Below, in pieces: positions 39,181 to 48,224 of a stretch of 64,000 bases of DNA. Source of the DNA: an uncultured delta proteobacterium (GTDB lineage Bacteria > Desulfobacterota > Syntrophobacteria > BM002); contig CAVQGX010000039.1 of NCBI GenBank assembly GCA_963712115.1, positions 88 to 64,087 of the forward strand. Direction: 5' to 3'. How positions within the stretch are numbered: the stretch's first letter is position 1; every line of letters starts with the position of its first letter. Under the pieces are notes generated by a model. The model had not been told where the DNA came from and did no database searches. It saw only the letters and a program-made list of their open reading frames with translations. A program made the position numbers and the translations under genes.

Positions 39181-39253
39181 GAATAAGTTTGCTGGTTATC
39201 CAATCCGGTAGTAAGTGAGTTCACTATCCAGCTAACCGGGTCTCCTTTTGTGC

Positions 39254-41476
39254 CTATTTAAAAGGCGCCTCACCCTTGTAGCCGTCCCAAACTTTTGCCG
39301 GCCAAAGAATGAAATCAAGAATGGGCTGTATTTCCCGCAGGAAGTCGCTTATCCTGCCAATAGTGTTCTTGGGTACGTAAAGGACATCTCCGTTGTGCAA
39401 GGTAATATTCTGACTCATATCACCTCGTTTCAGGAGTCTGTTCAGGTCACAGGCTATTACCTCGGGTCTGGTCATATCGCCCCGCAATATCTTGGCATCA
39501 CCCAGTACGGCTCTCTGCTCGAAACCACCCGACAGAGCAATTGCTTCCATTACGGTGATCTCGCCTCGGGTAGGAAAGACGCCGGGGTTCCTGACCTCTC
39601 CGAACACGAAGACCCTATTTCTGGGATCTTCAGCAACGGGAGGAACCAGCACAGTGTCACCAGCGTCCAGTACGATGTTTTGGCTAACATCTCCCTGGGT
39701 AATAACCTTATTAATATTCACGGTGACAGCCTGCCCTGTCTCCCGCCTTATATTTACCTGGCGCAGGTTGGCCTGCTCAGTAGGACCACCAGCCCGGGCT
39801 AAAGCCTGGAGAACAGTGGTTTTTCCAGTGAGGGCATAGCTCCCGGGCCCCGAACGAGAACCTCTCGGAGTATCAGGTCCATAAATAACTCCACTTGTAG
39901 TAGTGATTGCGCCCAGAAAGGAGACGAATTTGCTGTTGAATTCTTTCACCCGTACCGTTACTCGGGGTCGTCTGATATAATTGCTCAGTTCTGTGGTGAG
40001 CAGGTCATCCACTTGTTGGGCTGTAAGGCCTGATACCTTGATGTCCTCGAGGAAAGTAAAAGTGATCATGCCGTCGGGGCGGACCGGCACGAGGTATTTC
40101 GTTTCCTCCACTCCTTTCCACAGGCTGATCTCCAGCAAATCCTCCGGACCGATCTTGTATTGAGGCTGTCCGGCAATGGTCACAAAGACCTCATTTTCCT
40201 CGGGATTAATGGGGAAGACTTCCTTTCTATCGTTAGTGTATGATGCTCCAAAACCACTGAAGGATACGGATGCAAAAGACCTTGTTTGCGCCTGCTTGGC
40301 CCATATGCTCACCCCTTGGCCGTCGCTGGCGGCCACCAGGTCTTGCTGGCCGTCTGAATCCAGATCGCTCAGTACCATGTCGTAATAAGTGCCGGAGGAC
40401 CCGTAAAAGTCAGACAGGGGAGAAAGGCTTCCATTGTTCCATTGCCAGACCCAAATTCCCTGAGAATCCATAGAGGAAGCAAAGAGTTCCTGGCCGCCGC
40501 CATCTTCAACTCCCCCCGAAATTACTTTCCAAAAACTACCCTTATTCACGGGGGAGCTAAGTCGGGCGAAGCCGCCCCGGCCGTCCCCCAAAAAGACCCG
40601 GATACCGCTCTGATATGTCCCGGCAAACAGGTCAATGTGCCCGTCTCGATTGAGGTCTCCAATCGTGAGTGCATAAAAATTGCCCAGTTCAAGTGGTTCC
40701 AGTTCGGACCAGCCCCCCTCGCTGTCCCCCAACCAAACCCGGATTCCACCATTCGGTCTGATAGACGAGCCGCCAATGTCCAGATGGCCATCCTCGTTGA
40801 AGTCCGCCACCTCAACATCTATATACTCATCGCGAGCAGTGGGACCAACTTCGGCATGCCAGCCACCCTGACCGTCTCCGAACCACACCCTGATGCCACC
40901 ATTTCCATCAAGGCCCACTGCCGCAGTAATCAAATCAGGGTTGCCGTCTCCATTGATATCTTCGGTGCGCATACCGTTGAATTTACCGGTATCAGCTGGT
41001 GACTTGCCCTTTTCCCAGCCTTCTTGGCCACTGTTCATCCAGACCTGAATTCCAGGGTTGTCTCCCTTGATGCTGAAGGCGAGATCGGGACGTCCATCTG
41101 TGTCAAAATCAGCCAGTGCAATGGAGCGGACGTCTCCCTTTACCGCGAGGAAAGTGGGAAAGGACCAGGCCCCTCGGCCATTTCCGTACCAGATAGCTAC
41201 TGTACCCGGCACAGAAGAACCACCGACAATGTCCTGGTGCTGGTCCCCATTCAAGTCCCCCACCGCAACCGTTTGATAAATGCCTGAAGTTGCCAGACTC
41301 CAGGGCTTTATCTGGTAGGACTCGGGATGTTTTGCAGTGGCCCTTCTTTGGATAGTGCAGGCTGGCTGGACAGCGAGAAGAAAGACCAGTCCAAGGAGAG
41401 CTTGGAAAGGAATGTTATTTTTTCCTGATATCAACGACATGGTTCCAATCCACCTCAATTGGTTGAGGTCTGGCAC
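39254..41476 (-). CDS. Lipoprotein fusion: seven-bladed FG-GAP/VCBS propeller plus a Wza-like polysaccharide export (Poly_export plus SLBB) domain
   Basis: The signal and lipobox are LLAVQPAC. There are seven repeats of the type D[LF][ND].DG..D...G......GI.VW.GDG.GGW. The C-terminal region YKIGPEDLLEISLWKG...VPVRPDGMITFTFLEDIKVSGLTAQQV is the OPX signature, followed by SLBB-like segments. Confidence 0.8.
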   Translation of the reverse strand: MPDLNQLRWIGTMSLISGKNNIPFQALLGLVFLLAVQPACTIQRRATAKHPESYQIKPWSLATSGIYQTVAVGDLNGDQHQDIVGGSSVPGTVAIWYGNGRGAWSFPTFLAVKGDVRSIALADFDTDGRPDLAFSIKGDNPGIQVWMNSGQEGWEKGKSPADTGKFNGMRTEDINGDGNPDLITAAVGLDGNGGIRVWFGDGQGGWHAEVGPTARDEYIDVEVADFNEDGHLDIGGSSIRPNGGIRVWLGDSEGGWSELEPLELGNFYALTIGDLNRDGHIDLFAGTYQSGIRVFLGDGRGGFARLSSPVNKGSFWKVISGGVEDGGGQELFASSMDSQGIWVWQWNNGSLSPLSDFYGSSGTYYDMVLSDLDSDGQQDLVAASDGQGVSIWAKQAQTRSFASVSFSGFGASYTNDRKEVFPINPEENEVFVTIAGQPQYKIGPEDLLEISLWKGVEETKYLVPVRPDGMITFTFLEDIKVSGLTAQQVDDLLTTELSNYIRRPRVTVRVKEFNSKFVSFLGAITTTSGVIYGPDTPRGSRSGPGSYALTGKTTVLQALARAGGPTEQANLRQVNIRRETGQAVTVNINKVITQGDVSQNIVLDAGDTVLVPPVAEDPRNRVFVFGEVRNPGVFPTRGEITVMEAIALSGGFEQRAVLGDAKILRGDMTRPEVIACDLNRLLKRGDMSQNITLHNGDVLYVPKNTIGRISDFLREIQPILDFILWPAKVWDGYKGEAPFK

Positions 41477-41737
41477 CCCGTTGATTTCCGGCGGACCCTA
41501 CTAGATTTAATAATAGATGTCAAGCCGGCCAGGGAAAATCCATGCCTCAACAGTTTATGTTGGTTAATGCTCATCCGAAAACGGCCGTTTTCAGATGAGC
41601 GCGATCAGTCCCGCCACGGCGGGACGCTCAGCCATCAGCTGATATCAATGCCCACAAGTCTTGATCCCTCTTTTTGTATATCCCCTATCTCGTTTAATTA
41701 TTTAAAGCGTAAATGGTCTACCCAGATTGAGTCTTGG

Positions 41738-44700
41738 CTAATCTGAATAGACCAGGGCAACTTCACTGCCGTTTTGCATTGCGGAGAGAACCTCTTCTGC
41801 AAAGCTCGAACCTTGCATCACATTTGTTTTTACAGAAAAGGGCTCTGTAATCCCCTTCGATCCTCTGAGCACGGTGAACGGCTTTTCTACAAGCTCTCGT
41901 TCAGGCTGCGCCAGGCTGTGATAGATCCAGCCGGTGTTTCCGTTTCTTAGTTGAAGCTTGAGCCAATCTCCATTTCTGCCCACTACCTGAAGCCGTGTTC
42001 CCCTCTGAATCAGTCGGAGCAAGGGAGCGTGAATGCTGGGCCCTGATCTGATCTTGGCTACATTGGGTAGACTAACGTAAGTTTCAGCTAAGTTCTGCCT
42101 TGGGGAGCGCGCCTCTTCTGCTGAACTCGCCTTTTTAATCATATTCGGTTGTGCTGCTATGGGTCCTGAAATCACCTTCGATTTTTTCACAGCAGTAATC
42201 GGCTTTCTTACATGCTCTCGTTCAGGTTGCGCCAGGCTGTGATAGATCCAGCCGGTGCTTCCGTTTCTAAGCTCAAGCTTGAGCCAATCTCCATTTCTGC
42301 CCACTACCTGAAGCCGATTTCCCCTCTGAATGAGGTGGAGTATTGGGGTGTGAAAGCCCGGCCCTAATCGGATCTCCGCTATTTGGGGCAGACTTTCCCA
42401 GGTCTGGGCTTCACTCAGCTGCGATGGGATAAATTGGTTTGGCTTATTCACTACCCTTGGTTTTACCGCTACCAGTTCTGCTTTTTCAGCCGATTGTTTA
42501 GCCGTGCCCGAGAGCTTTGCTTGACCTTGCTCAGGTTCAGGTCTCCTCACCGCCTCTTCCACCTTGACCTCCGGTGCAGCCTTGCTGGACTTCCTGGGCA
42601 ATTCGCTGCTCGCTTTGCTGACGCTGGCGGGCACGACTATTTTGGCTCTTTGGCTTTGGGACTTTATAGTTGGGGGGCTGGGATTTGAAGACTTAAACCA
42701 CAGGAGACCTCCTATTAGCACAAGCCCCATTAGTACCGACAAAATAAGTAGATTTAATCCTTTGCCCTCCGTTGCCGAAGTCAGTCGCTTCTTACTGAGG
42801 ATGGTGCGTATCCTTCCTATTCCCTGGCTAAAGATGTCTTTCCAGCGGGAGAGTGGTGTTGCGGCCCCCTGGTCACTTTTTTGCTCATAGTAATAATCCG
42901 TGCGGTAACGATAGAAATCCGGGGCCACATCAGGTTTGACATTGTTGAGGATTACCCCCAGGACATTGCTATTCACATTTTCCAATTGCACCTTGGCTCG
43001 ATGGAGAATCCCCCGGCCAATGCGACCTACCTCGTAAACCAGGATAACCCCATCCACTTCAGGAGCCACCTCGAAGGCGTCGGCCACGGGCAGCACCGGT
43101 GGCGTGTCTATGATGATAACGTCGTAGTTTTCCCTCACCTCATGCAAGAACTCTTTAAACCTGGGTGAACGAAGGATTTCAGCGGGGTTGAGCAGACTTC
43201 GGCCCGCATTCATAATATGCAAATTATCCATCCCCGGAGTTTTGAGGATTTGATCAAATTCGAACTTGCCGAGCATCACATCGATGATGGTGTTGGTCAC
43301 GCCTTTCCAACTGCCATCTAACGTTCGGAATTCCGGCACACTGCCCATTTCCAGTTCATATGCATCCTCTCCGGGATGTTTCAAGTCGCTGATTCCCACA
43401 ATGTAATCTGTAAGCCCTGGTTCCCTTTCAAGGCCGAAAATATTATGGGTTGAGGGTCTGCGGAGATCAGCATCGATGAGAAGCACTTTTTCTCCCGCTT
43501 GGGCCAGACTCAGGCTAAGGTTGACCACATTGTAGGTTTTCCCCTCCTGCAGGGACGAACTGGTGACAAGAAAAACTTTTGCTTCTATTTCCTTCCAGAT
43601 AAATTGCAGATTGGTTCTCAAGGACCTGTATGCTTCAGAAACTGGAGAGCGCGGGGCAAAGTGAGTTACCAGCGGCTCACCTCTTGGTTTAACCCCGGTT
43701 TCATCTTTCTCACTAAAGGCAAATTCCTGAACAGATGGGATAACGCCGAGTACGGGGATACCCAGAATCTCCTCCACATCTTCGATGGTGCCCAAGGAGG
43801 TGTCCATGGTCTCTACAATCAAAGCAAGCACCAGGCCGACAACGAGGCCAATTATCCCGCCAGTGACGGTGTTGGTCAGAGTGTTGGGCATATTTATAGG
43901 ATTACTTGGCTCCAGAGCAGGTTTGATGATCTTAACCTCTTCTATTAGGCCCGATTCCTGGATCATCACTTCTTGATACTTGGATTTGAGCTGGGCAAGA
44001 AGATCCCCGTTTAGCTCCACATCCCGGCGCAGCCTGGCGAGGGTAAGAACACTGTCTGGGATTGCCATTGCTTGACCCCGCGCTGCTTCGAGCCGCTTTC
44101 CCAAGTCCTGCAAGCGGCCGTCCATTGTGGTCAGCATGGACCTCAGTTCTTTTTCCATTTCTGAAAGAACATTCGCCAGCTCCGCATCGACAGCATCCAC
44201 CTCGGGGTGCTCCTCTGTATAGTCGTTGAGCAGGATTTCGCGCCGCAAGCCCAGGTCTCTGAATTTGGTTGTGAGCTTAGCTAGTTGGGGTGAGGGATTC
44301 TCGACGTAGAATGCTTCTTGGCTGACACTCTGCTTCCCCACACTGAATTGTTGAAGAAGTCCTAGCTGTCTCTTGACTTCAAGCCTCTTTTGCTGTAGAT
44401 CGGCCACCTCATTCTCGAGGCTGATAAGACGATTAATGGCAGCTGTGGTCTGAGCGTCAATGGCCACCAGTTTGGTGTCTTTTTCATAATTGCGAAGATT
44501 TTGTTCAGCTTCCTGCAGGCGTCTTTCAACAACTTCCAACTGCCTCTCAATGAACTCCCTGGTTTCTCTGACCTTTTTGTTCCGTTCATTAACGTTATTC
44601 TGGCGGTAGACTTCGGCAACTGTGTTGGCGAGCAGCGTAGCCTCAGTTGCATTTGAAGAGTTAGCGGTGATGTTTATGATGTTGGTGTTACCCTCCTGCT

Positions 44701-45082
44701 CGGTTTCGATCTGCGATTTGAGTCCATTTACTACTTCGAGATATTTATGGATACTGCGGACCTGGGCTGAGGAGATATTTTCAGGGATGAGCCCCATCTG
44801 TCGTGCTGATTGTTCGATGACTGGAAAACTGGTAATAATCACCGCCTGGGTTGCCACGTTGTCCCAAGAAGTCCAGGAGACGGTGCCGAGGAGTAAGGTA
44901 GTGAGATCAGTGGCTTTTTCTACTTTGACGGCGGAGGTTGCCTCGTAGATAGGTTCGGGAGTGCGAATCACCGCAAAGAGATAGCTGAAGACCGTGAAAA
45001 TTATGGTCGACAGGATGACAACAGTTCTGCGTTTGCGGATGATCCGCCAGTAATCGCGTAGATTTATGTCATATTTTGCCAT
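41738..45082 (-). CDS. wzc: Wzc-type polysaccharide co-polymerase/BY-tyrosine kinase with an extra C-terminal TM segment and two SH3-like domains
   Basis: 1114 aa. It has a Wzz-like N-terminal domain with two TM helices and coiled coils. The kinase motifs are SLQEGKT, LLIDADLRRP and IIIDTPPV, and the Tyr cluster is YRYRTDYYY. It then has a TM helix (LNLLILSVLMGLVLIGGLLWF), a Pro/Ser/Lys-rich linker, and two repeats of ...GP..H.P.L.LIQRG.RLQVVGRNGDWLKL.LRNG.TGWIYHSLAQPE (bacterial SH3-like). Confidence 0.85.
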   Translation of the reverse strand: MAKYDINLRDYWRIIRKRRTVVILSTIIFTVFSYLFAVIRTPEPIYEATSAVKVEKATDLTTLLLGTVSWTSWDNVATQAVIITSFPVIEQSARQMGLIPENISSAQVRSIHKYLEVVNGLKSQIETEQEGNTNIINITANSSNATEATLLANTVAEVYRQNNVNERNKKVRETREFIERQLEVVERRLQEAEQNLRNYEKDTKLVAIDAQTTAAINRLISLENEVADLQQKRLEVKRQLGLLQQFSVGKQSVSQEAFYVENPSPQLAKLTTKFRDLGLRREILLNDYTEEHPEVDAVDAELANVLSEMEKELRSMLTTMDGRLQDLGKRLEAARGQAMAIPDSVLTLARLRRDVELNGDLLAQLKSKYQEVMIQESGLIEEVKIIKPALEPSNPINMPNTLTNTVTGGIIGLVVGLVLALIVETMDTSLGTIEDVEEILGIPVLGVIPSVQEFAFSEKDETGVKPRGEPLVTHFAPRSPVSEAYRSLRTNLQFIWKEIEAKVFLVTSSSLQEGKTYNVVNLSLSLAQAGEKVLLIDADLRRPSTHNIFGLEREPGLTDYIVGISDLKHPGEDAYELEMGSVPEFRTLDGSWKGVTNTIIDVMLGKFEFDQILKTPGMDNLHIMNAGRSLLNPAEILRSPRFKEFLHEVRENYDVIIIDTPPVLPVADAFEVAPEVDGVILVYEVGRIGRGILHRAKVQLENVNSNVLGVILNNVKPDVAPDFYRYRTDYYYEQKSDQGAATPLSRWKDIFSQGIGRIRTILSKKRLTSATEGKGLNLLILSVLMGLVLIGGLLWFKSSNPSPPTIKSQSQRAKIVVPASVSKASSELPRKSSKAAPEVKVEEAVRRPEPEQGQAKLSGTAKQSAEKAELVAVKPRVVNKPNQFIPSQLSEAQTWESLPQIAEIRLGPGFHTPILHLIQRGNRLQVVGRNGDWLKLELRNGSTGWIYHSLAQPEREHVRKPITAVKKSKVISGPIAAQPNMIKKASSAEEARSPRQNLAETYVSLPNVAKIRSGPSIHAPLLRLIQRGTRLQVVGRNGDWLKLQLRNGNTGWIYHSLAQPERELVEKPFTVLRGSKGITEPFSVKTNVMQGSSFAEEVLSAMQNGSEVALVYSD

Positions 45083-45231
45083 AGCTAACCATCCAGTTAT
45101 TTTTCAATACGCAGTAGACCGATTTCCAAGATCGAATGAAGAGCACTGCTACACTACCAGTCCTCAGACCTGAAGGTGCACCTCTCCGTGGGTAGATGGT
45201 TATTTTCTACCTTTAATTCCGCAATCATACA

Positions 45232-45249
45232 TTGCAAACACTATGCCGC
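45232..45249 (-). promoter_or_regulatory. Candidate sigma-54 (-24/-12) promoter upstream of wzc
   Basis: The minus strand reads GCGGCATAGTGTTTGCAA, with GG and GC at the canonical 12-nt register and a TTGCA -12 box. It lies about 150 bp upstream of the wzc ATG. No enhancer-binding protein is seen in the window. Confidence 0.3.
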
Positions 45250-45460
45250 AATTTCCAGCGATTAAATACTGAGGTCTCCCCACCTGAGAATTGCTATAGA
45301 TAAGCTTAAATAACAATTATTTAAATATATTGCCCGGTATTTGGCTGTTAAAATGGATAGTGAGCCCTGTCTGAGATGTGCCATTTGACGCATAAATCCT
45401 ACTAACTTGAGAGAGTACCAGTAGGTAATGGCTTTAAGACATGGGGCATAGGGAAATACA

Positions 45461-45640
45461 GCTGACAGCAGGCAGCTGGCAGAAGACGGAGGTCGGAGGT
45501 CAGAGGTCGGAAGTCAGAGGACAGATGTTCCCTAGGCACACGAAAGGCAAGAGACGCATGGCGTAGGGCATAAGGATAAGATAAGCTTTATTTGATTTTT
45601 TTTGCCTTGCGCCTTGTGCCCTGTGCCTTGCGCCTTATGC
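45461..45640. repeat. Low-complexity 'stutter' repeats and hairpin
   Basis: GCTGACAGCAGGCAGCTGGCAG and GGAGGTCGGAGGTCAGAGGTCGGAAGTCAGAGG are present. AAGGCAAGAGACGCATGGCGTAGGGCATAAGG faces CCTTGCGCCTTGTGCCCTGTGCCTTGCGCCTT. Confidence 0.7.
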
Positions 45641-45853
45641 AGGTATTATAAAGAAGAAAAGGGAAGGGGACATAGCCCGGACATTGCATCAATTGCAGTC
45701 GCGAGACCGTGAAGATGGGCTTGCCACCGGGCAACCACAGGGTGTTGGACCTGAGGCGTACCTGAACGGTACGTCGCAAGGTGCGACACCCGAGGACGCC
45801 CTGAAGAACGGCCATATCCGCGGTCGCAGCATGTGATTGATGAAACGTCCGGG

Positions 45854-46498
45854 CTAGAATATCAAGGAGAGGGTGAAGATGGCCAGGTTTCCCAGTGCAT
45901 GGATGGTGATGGGGACAATCAGGCTGCCGCCGAACTCATAGGCCAGAGCAAAGAGAAGCCCCCCCACCAAACGGGTGACGGGGATTCCATGACTAATGGG
46001 GTGGCAGAGTACGAAGATCAGGGTGCTGAGAATAAGGGCCACAATTACCCCCCATCGTCGCAAAAAACCATAGAGTATTCCCCGAAAGAAGACCTCTTCC
46101 GCTACGGGTCCTAAAATCCCGCCAACAATGAAAAAAAGAACAAGATCACCGGTCTGCGTGGGTAGGCGGGCTTTTATTAAGGTGAGAGGATTTATGGAGG
46201 CAGCGAACAATCCAACACAGGCAACGGAACCGATCGCTCCAAAACCGGCCGACCAGAGCAGCCCTTTTTTCAAACCAGAGACCATCTCGGATCGAGCCAA
46301 GCCTATGGAAGGTAATCCTTTCCCCCAGGTCACAACAATCAGGATAATCAGGAGTATTTGGAGGAGACGGGCGCCAGCCAGAATAAGCATGGGGAGGTAG
46401 CCGGACTTTGAAGTCACCACCCATGTACCCAGTTCTACGGCAATTACTGCAGAAAGGCAGAAGAACAGGGTTCTTAATTCGATTTTCTTTGCTTCCAT
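45854..46498 (-). CDS. CPBP-family intramembrane glutamic endopeptidase (CAAX/Abi)
   Basis: Motifs GPVAEEVFFRG (EExxxR), FVLCH (FxxxH) and IHALGN (HxxxN). The likely start is MEAKKIELR at 46498; the track ORF starts at 46531. Confidence 0.8.
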   Translation of the reverse strand: MEAKKIELRTLFFCLSAVIAVELGTWVVTSKSGYLPMLILAGARLLQILLIILIVVTWGKGLPSIGLARSEMVSGLKKGLLWSAGFGAIGSVACVGLFAASINPLTLIKARLPTQTGDLVLFFIVGGILGPVAEEVFFRGILYGFLRRWGVIVALILSTLIFVLCHPISHGIPVTRLVGGLLFALAYEFGGSLIVPITIHALGNLAIFTLSLIF

Positions 46499-47976
46499 CC
46501 TAGGGCCCGCAAGGCTTTGTAAGCATACCATTGGTTGTACCAGTGATCAGATGTTTTGATCCTTGTTAGAATTTCGCTGACACCCCTGCTATCTCCCCTC
46601 CGCCCGAGCCCATGAAAGGCCATTGAAACCACATTGGGATGGGGATCATCCAGAAAGGCCAAGAGATCTCTGTAGGTTTCAGGTCGGCGGCTTACACCCA
46701 GTCCCCTCACCAGCCAGTAGCGCTCTGCTATGTGTGGGCTTGCCAGCAGCCTTGAATAGGTCGGAAAGCTGCTTACTTCCAGCCCTTTTCGCTCTATGAT
46801 CCTCAAGGCGGCAACTCTCTCTTGCCAGGACTTTGATGCCAGAGCCCGGGGTACATCCTTAAAATCCATATCTGTCCATCTCGTGTGTTGGAATGGGATC
46901 AGGATGCTCAGGCCAACAATTAGACAAAGGATTGAAGCCATCAAAGAAGAGATCCTAACATCCAGAAAAAAGCAACAGAGGAGACGGATCAGAGCATGGA
47001 GGAGAAGATAGAGGGTTGGGGGCAATCCCATGACAAGAGAGTAGAAGGTAAAATGTCGGAAGAAACCGTGTCTGTCACTCTTAGCAGAGAATTCTTCCAA
47101 TGCAGTTGCCGGTTCGGAGAGAAAATCTGCAAATGTGGTCAGGAGAATTGTCCTGCCCTCATGGTTGAAGGCCAGCATACCACCATCTTGTACCACCTTA
47201 AGGTCAACTGCATCATCTGTTTCCACAGCAAGGTAGTCACGGTCGAGCAATTCCATCTCCACCCGCGCCAGCAGGGCACCCTTTTTAAGGTTTTGCAGAC
47301 TGCAAGTTTTGAGAAGCTTCTGGTCCAGAGACTTGAAGACCTCCGCAGGGTAGAGGGTATAGTCATAGTAAAAATCGTTAACCTTTATCCCAACTGGATT
47401 TGAAAGGAGGAAAATGTCTCTGAAGTCCACGAAAAAGTTTTTGTTAATTTGGGATGCCCACAAAAGTGCCAGGACCACAACCGGGATGGTGTGTAGCGCT
47501 CCGTGGACCCACCCCCTATTACCGGGACGTGGGGGTATCCATCTGAGGGTAGCGAGGAAAACCACAGGGGGTATGACAAAAAAATAACATGTGGCCCCAA
47601 AGGAAAAGCCCCGGTGATTCAGCTCCACCAGAGAACCAAGCCAGAACAGCAAAAAAACGATCAAAATATATCGGTTTCGGGAAAACACCCGATTCCATAG
47701 CCAGGCCGCTCCGATGGAGAGTAGGGTTAGACCTGCACCTACACTTAGAGTGAAAAAAAGACCGCCAAAGAAGGCGGGAGCGAATTCCTGGAGGCTGGGC
47801 ATGGTGCGTTGGTTCGGTATGGTGAGGTAGCCGGCAGCTTTTATGATCGATAGGTTGCGGTAGAGATCGAGGTTGGACAGGTAAACCTGGATGGCAGCTA
47901 TAACCTGGGCTACAAGGAGGCCCAGCAAAAGCGCTCTGGCCGTGTAGGGAAGTCTATTTTCTAAGTTTTGGCTCAT
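46474..47976 (-). CDS. Polytopic membrane protein with C-terminal HEAT-like repeats
   Basis: 500 aa. The N-terminal ~330 aa contain multiple TM helices. The C-terminal SWQERVAALRIIERKG...DPHPNVVSMAFHGLGRRGDSRGVSEILTRI...WYAYKALRALGW is a HEAT/PBS-lyase-type repeat pattern. Confidence 0.6.
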   Translation of the reverse strand: MSQNLENRLPYTARALLLGLLVAQVIAAIQVYLSNLDLYRNLSIIKAAGYLTIPNQRTMPSLQEFAPAFFGGLFFTLSVGAGLTLLSIGAAWLWNRVFSRNRYILIVFLLFWLGSLVELNHRGFSFGATCYFFVIPPVVFLATLRWIPPRPGNRGWVHGALHTIPVVVLALLWASQINKNFFVDFRDIFLLSNPVGIKVNDFYYDYTLYPAEVFKSLDQKLLKTCSLQNLKKGALLARVEMELLDRDYLAVETDDAVDLKVVQDGGMLAFNHEGRTILLTTFADFLSEPATALEEFSAKSDRHGFFRHFTFYSLVMGLPPTLYLLLHALIRLLCCFFLDVRISSLMASILCLIVGLSILIPFQHTRWTDMDFKDVPRALASKSWQERVAALRIIERKGLEVSSFPTYSRLLASPHIAERYWLVRGLGVSRRPETYRDLLAFLDDPHPNVVSMAFHGLGRRGDSRGVSEILTRIKTSDHWYNQWYAYKALRALGWKQRKSN

Positions 47977-47990
47977 TGGACAAAGAATAA

Positions 47991-48110
47991 GGTTTCAGTG
48001 TTCAGTGTTCAGGTTTCAGCTTTAGATTTATTTTTTATTTTTCTCTTTCCTGACACCTGACACCCGAAACCTGAAACCTATAGCCCTCACACCTGAAACC
48101 CTGAAATCTG
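47991..48110. repeat. Low-complexity 'stutter' hairpin
   Basis: GGTTTCAGTGTTCAGTGTTCAGGTTTCAGC faces CCTGACACCTGACACCCGAAACCTGAAACC, and further CCTGAAACC words follow. Confidence 0.7.
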
Positions 48111-48224
48111 GTTCTTGTCGCTTGGGATTTCATAAAATCCATCACTCCAGGAGACTCCCGCATCAAGGAAACACTTTTAAAGCCTCCTCTGGGGCGGCAA
48201 AGTCCTAAGGACCCGAAGTCTTAA

